The notes below the pieces were generated by a model. It was given only the letters and a program-made list of their open reading frames with translations, was not told the origin of the DNA and made no database searches. This document shows, piece by piece, positions 59,203 through 64,000 of a DNA stretch of 64,000 nt. The stretch comes from Ophelia neglecta (lineage: Eukaryota). The DNA is taken from assembly GCA_965285935.1 (NCBI GenBank), contig OZ260666.1, positions 37,200,001 through 37,264,000 of the forward strand. Direction: 5' to 3'. The translations under genes and the position numbers were made by a program. How positions within the stretch are numbered: position 1 is the stretch's first letter; the number at the start of each line of letters is the position of its first letter.

Positions 59203-59338
59203 GTTAGCAAGATTAGTATCATTGTGATAAAATGGAACACAATTAAATTCCCATATATTTTGTACATAGAATATTCACTAGACTCGATGAATGTGCATTT
59301 TGTTGTATCACTGTTTTAACATTATTTTCCATTTTCAG

Positions 59339-59453
59339 TTGGTGATGCTCCACAGATAGTTGGTACAATGGAGAACTTGGTTGTGGTGGCTCCCAATGAG
59401 GCTAGACTCAGCTGCAAGATTACTGATGTCACTCCTACTCCTACTATCACATG
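59339..59453 (+). CDS. Exon: Ig N-part (SR3 Ig3)
   Basis: ttttcag|TT ... ACATG|gtaaat; VGDAPQIVGTMENLVVVAP. Confidence 0.9.
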
Positions 59454-59731
59454 GTAAATATATTCTGTTAAAATCCATCCATACTGAATCATTCCACAGA
59501 AATGTCACCAGTTTATGCATGTTAATAATAAAATCATTAGACAATTTAACAATTTTTATGCTTAATGTACTCATTGGACAATAAGAGTTTATCAAATGCT
59601 TTATGGAGTAATTAACTTATTTGAATCGTTAAGCATAAATATGTATTGTATGGCCAAACGGGTATGCAACTGTCTATTTTTAACTTTACATGTCCAGACT
59701 TATGATCATTTTCTAATTATGATGTTCACAG

Positions 59732-59904
59732 GTACAAGGATGGTCGTGAGTTGGCATCTAGCAAGAGATACAGAAGTGAGCTGGTCAATCTGGAGGCCAC
59801 ATTTACCATCCCTCAGACTGAGGCCGGTGATGATGGCCAGTACATGTGTAAGGTGGAGAACAAACTGGGATCTGTCAGTGCAGAGGCCAGCCTTACTGTA
59901 CATG
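59732..59904 (+). CDS. Exon: Ig C-part (SR3 Ig3)
   Basis: ttcacag|G ... CATG|gtagga; WYKDGREL...DDGQYMCKVENKLG. Confidence 0.9.
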
Positions 59905-60083
59905 GTAGGATTATTACTCATGCATAAGGCTTTGTCGTATAATTTGTTATACATTTGTATATAATGGATTAAAATATTAAGATCTTTATCATTTGAAGTG
60001 GTTTCGTTGGGAAGCATCATGGCATGTTTTGTACTTCATTAATTGGGACTACTTTATGAGACACTGGTATTTCATTATTTCAG

Positions 60084-60310
60084 TGCCTCCAAAGATAGAA
60101 TGTGATGAGAGCCAGGTGGCCAAGACTTTGAAGGGCGGTGCTACACTCTCCATTAATGTAACCATCACTGGCATTCCCAAACCCAAAGTAGAGTGGTTCT
60201 ATGGTGAAGACACCATTGTAGAAAATAATGAAACTACCATTGAAAGCAAAGACACGTTCAGTACTCTCACAATCAAGAAATCAACAGCCAAACAGTCAGG
60301 AACCTACAAG
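60084..60310 (+). CDS. Exon: Ig N-part (SR3 Ig4), ending at a GC donor
   Basis: atttcag|TG ... TACAAG|gcaagt. Confidence 0.88.
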
Positions 60311-60415
60311 GCAAGTCTCATAAATATATTAAGAATATGCTAAGCTTACCTGTATACCATGTGTTTATATGCCCTCCTATTGTCGGAAATAAAGAATAAC
60401 ACTTTTATGAAATAG

Positions 60416-61228
60416 GTGAAAGCTACCAATGATGTAGGCAGTGCTGAGGCAGAGTTCACAGCCATTGTGAAGGACAAACCTAGCCCCCCACGCAACCTAC
60501 GTGTGACAGAAGTGTACAAGGACTACGTTGTAGTGGCCTGGGACCTTCCAGAGAATGATGGAGGATGTCCAATCACAGGCTACACCATCCAGAAACGTGA
60601 TGCCAGGAAGACATCATTTATCAAGGTTGACAGCGTCGATGGCAACACCTTGTCCCTGAAGTGCACTAAACTTGTTGAGGGAAATGAATATTTCTTCCAG
60701 GTGTGCGCTGAAAATGAGATTGGAGAGTCTGACTGGACTGTCACGGACCAACCTGTCAAAGCCAAGCTTCCATTTGACCCACCAGGCCCACCAATCAATG
60801 CCCTTGTGAACGACATCACAAAGTCGTCCTGCACATTGACATGGGAGCCTCCCGAGTTTGATGGCGGCTCTCCTGTGACTGGTTATCTTGTAGAGAGGTG
60901 CAACGGCTACAGCAGTCGCTGGTCGAAGATCAACAAATCACCTGTTACTGAGAGACAAATGGAATTTGATGACCTCATGGAAGGAGAGGAGTATGAATTC
61001 CGTGTATCAGCTGTCAATGATGCAGGCGTGGGAAAACCCAGTGCCAGCACAGGCAGATTCAAAGCCAAAGATCCATTTGATCCACCTGGAAAACCAGGAA
61101 CCCCCGAGGTGACTGGCCTGACTGCTGACTCAGCCACCATAGTATGGGAGGCTCCAGATAGTGATGGAGGGGCTGAAATCACCAACTATGTAGTAGAAAT
61201 GAGAGTCCAAGGAGATGTCAGGTGGAAG
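60416..61228 (+). CDS. Exon: Ig C-end + Fn3 + Fn3 + Fn3 N-half (SR3)
   Basis: aaatag|GTG ... AAG|gtaagt; 813 nt. Confidence 0.92.
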
Positions 61229-61711
61229 GTAAGTGACTGCCTATACACACTGAGAGCGAAGTAACAGAGAAATCGTCTGCAATGTTACATGTTCTTCTTC
61301 AAACCTCGTTTGTCCTTATTGCACACATTTAAAACAATGTGTTTTCAATCAATCTATCCATTTTTTTTTTCTCTCAAAGGATTTGATGGTTAAATGAGAA
61401 TTGGGACCAGAAAAGCCTATGGCTTATCGAGCTGGCCCCAAGTATAAAAACAAACATTTATAAAAGGAAACAAACATTATTAAACAAATCACCTATCATT
61501 AATTTAAATACACACACAGAAGGCTAAGACACACAACTTCACTAATAAACATGCATTAACACCCTAATATACCAGTACTTGGTATATCTAACACAACTTC
61601 TGGCTATTGTCTTCCGAGTGATAAGAATGTATTTGCCTTAAACAAAGATGCCACCTTCATAATGTTGTGCCAGAATGTTCTAGCAATAACCAGGCAAATC
61701 TCCCCTCTTAG

Positions 61712-61856
61712 GTTGTCAACAAAACTGAGAAGGTGCCAGATCTGACCTTCACCATTAAGAACCTGATTGAGGAGACAATGTATGAATTCCGTGTAACTGC
61801 TGAGAATAAGGCGGGCACTGGCCCTCCTTCAGACCCATCTAAACCAACCAAATATG
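61712..61856 (+). CDS. Exon: Fn3 C-half (SR3 Fn6)
   Basis: ctcttag|GTT ... TATG|gtcagt; [17 protein letters not shown]. Confidence 0.9.
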
Positions 61857-62092
61857 GTCAGTATTTCACATTATTCTAGACATTTTCTTACCATTGTAAT
61901 CATACCTTTAATCAGATCTGGAGCTAGATTTCCATGTCATAATAATAACTTAATGTGTATTAAGACGAGTAAGCCGGTTTAGATTGTGTGGACAACCTTA
62001 CCCATAACATGCATGTATCCATGATTTTTCAATGATAAAAAGAAATGTATTTTTCTGTTCTGGCCTTAAACCTACTACCTTTCCTATAACAG

Positions 62093-62368
62093 TTGAGGCA
62101 ATTAACTGGCTGAAGGCTCTAGAGGACATCACACTTGAGGATGTTGGCCTACAGGCCACCTTTGAGTGTGTGATATCTAAGAGTGGCCTCAAACCTCTGT
62201 GGTTCAAAGGAGACAAAGCCATCAAAAGAAGTGATAAGTACGACATGACTTCCAGCAATGGAAAGCACTATCTCACCATCAATGACTGTATCAATGAGGA
62301 TGTCAGCAAATACACCATCAAATTTGAAAAAGAAGACATCAAATCAACAGCAAAGCTGGAAATTCATG
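62093..62368 (+). CDS. Exon: Ig (SR4 Ig1)
   Basis: ataacag|TT ... CATG|gtaggc; 276 nt. Confidence 0.92.
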
Positions 62369-62520
62369 GTAGGCAAAAGTCTCAAAAGTTTGCTGGTTGT
62401 ATACCTAAATTTCCACCTCAGTATCTAACTGGTTTACATGGAATGTAGTAATACTATCTACATTCACCCAAAGAGTTGTTGCATCGAATTAGTGGTTGGT
62501 AAATGTGTTGTCTATTACAG

Positions 62521-62802
62521 CCCCACCCAGATTCCTCAAGGAGTCTGAGGAGAGCATCACACTGAAAGCTGGATCAGGCCATGCAGCTGAAGTACCATTC
62601 AGTGCTTATCCCATGCCAAAGGCCATCTGGACCTATAACAATGGCAAGTTCAATGACCCAAAACGTTTCAAGGCAGAAACCATCATTGGCATGACCTCCC
62701 TGCTGCTCACCAAAGTACAGAGGAAGGACACTGGAAAGTACAGTGTTAAACTGGCCAATGAATACGGTACCTGCGAGTACACTCTCCATGTCACAGTGCT
62801 TG
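62521..62802 (+). CDS. Exon: Ig (SR4 Ig2)
   Basis: attacag|CC ... CTTG|gtaagt; 282 nt. Confidence 0.92.
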
Positions 62803-63024
62803 GTAAGTAAAGAAAAACAAGTCCAAATCAATAAACTGCAAGCTAGCCAGATGAAGTATCTGATATAAAGCATGAGAATTATGCAATGTACCAACTTGAA
62901 AGCTCCAAAAGAATATGTTTTAGTCCATATAATGCACATAATTTAGATTTCTTTTCTCATACGCAAACATTTAATAATATTGACTTTGTAATATATGAAA
63001 AGAATGTCATATTCTATTTACCAG

Positions 63025-63225
63025 ATAAGCCGAGTGTACCACTGGAATTCAAAACCACTGAGATCACAGAGAACTCGGTCTCATTGGACTGGGATGAACC
63101 TGAGGATGATGGAGGATCTGAGATCACTCAGTATGTCCTCGAGAAACGGGAGGCCGGCAAACGTGGATGGGCCTCTGCTGGCAACACTGAGGACCTGTCA
63201 TTTGATGCCGAAGGCCTGACAGAAG
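63025..63225 (+). CDS. Exon: Fn3 N-part (SR4 Fn1)
   Basis: ttaccag|AT ... GAAG|gtatgt. Confidence 0.9.
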
Positions 63226-63519
63226 GTATGTGAATTCAATTTACATCCTGCAGTGTATGTCTGCGACTGAATTAGGTGCACTCTTTTGAGTGCAGTAATA
63301 TTAAATTAATAATATTTACCTTAAAGAATTTTTATGCAGCATTTGCATATAGGCTATAATACCAAGACCTCGGAGCCACACAGAAGTACACAAAGTATTT
63401 AAACATAAGTCAAAAAGTTGTGTACTAGACGAAAAGATAAGTTGGCATACCATTTTATGTGCCTGTAGCCCACTGAAGTGTTAATTTCTAGTATTACATG
63501 TATGTTCATTTGTTTGCAG

Positions 63520-63615
63520 GCACACCATACAACTTCCGCGTGGCAGCTGAGAATCAAGTTGGACGAGGAGAATTTACAGAACTTCCCAAGGCTGTCACTC
63601 CAAAGAGTCAATTTG
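63520..63615 (+). CDS. Exon: Fn3 C-part (SR4 Fn1)
   Basis: tttgcag|GC ... TTTG|gtgggt; TPYNFRVAAENQVGRG. Confidence 0.88.
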
Positions 63616-64000
63616 GTGGGTACAACATATATGTTCTTCATTTATAGTTCACATGCTGAGAGTGCACAACAACTTATTTAGATGGGAAATAATTTTTCGA
63701 GGATATATTAAACGTGTTCTGAAGGGTGTTTTGAACCACATGGAAATAATAATCTATATTGGATGTTTTCCAAATATCTTGGTATTTTTGAAGAGCAAAT
63801 GTCTCGACAAAGTTTGATAACCCTCAGAATTTGGCAGTTACCAATATTTTTTTTGCATTTTCCTTTTTGGAGTAGTATATTCAAACAAATGCCAGGAACA
63901 GTGTTTGCTGTAACCTGCATGTTTGTATGAAATATTCAAATAACACATTAACTGGTGCTGCCAGATGTAGGTCATCATGACATAAAAACATATATAACGA

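Larger units (their letters stand above)
52..63615 (+). other. Titin/connectin/twitchin-family giant muscle protein gene, internal portion (gene extends beyond both window ends)
   Basis: About 80 phase-consistent GT-AG exons encoding tandem I-set Ig domains (G.P.P.V.W ... D.G.Y.C.A.N..G), PEVK-like linkers and Fn3 domains (W.PP..DGG.PI..Y.VE ... Y.FRV.AEN..G.G). No start codon exon or kinase domain in the window. Confidence 0.96.

Noticed and set aside
52-63615. Assigning a specific symbol (TTN, unc-22, bent, sls, OBSCN)
   Set aside because: The domain pattern matches none exactly and the kinase and termini are outside the window. Orthology needs a phylogeny.
44-63920. Numerous minus-strand ORFs of 60-216 aa
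   Set aside because: Most are antisense shadows of + strand exons (Ser/Thr/Phe/Gly-rich mirror translations) or short AT-rich intronic ORFs. No coherent nested minus-strand gene was found.
1-64000. Prokaryote-type features (operons, CRISPR arrays, RBS, terminators) and RNA genes
   Set aside because: The sequence is spliceosomal-intron eukaryotic DNA. The repeats are exon duplications rather than repeat-spacer arrays, and no tRNA or rRNA was recognised.

Overview
This is eukaryotic, AT-rich, intron-containing DNA from an invertebrate animal, plausibly a lophotrochozoan (the taxon is inference). The whole 64 kb lies inside one giant + strand gene of the titin/connectin/twitchin family; its start, its kinase and its final stop are outside the window. 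I resolved about 80 exons with consistent reading phases. From 5' to 3' they encode: (1) an I-band-like array of PEVK-like linker + Ig-Ig(+Ig) modules containing a recent ~1.8 kb tandem duplication (52-12559); (2) two Ig domains and a charged linker with LKK[TV] motifs (12715-14287); (3) a variable block (16449-38462) with a 7.66 kb stop-containing, non-Ig alternative terminal exon, a ~2 kb exon carrying an unrecognised ~91-aa repeat, and several small exons or microexons; (4) a run of tandem I-set Ig domains (38555-46705); (5) an A-band-like region built from (Ig-Ig-Fn3-Fn3-Fn3)x2, a 10-domain super-repeat of ~975 aa (46821 to the end). The most interesting candidate system is the giant terminal exon. 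It would give a truncated, Novex-3-like isoform whose ~2550-aa disordered tail carries four AKAP-like amphipathic helices flanked by clusters of PKA/Akt-type sites. Minor features are a 177-bp MITE and a GC-AG intron. Exon boundaries were read by eye and no database searches were run.
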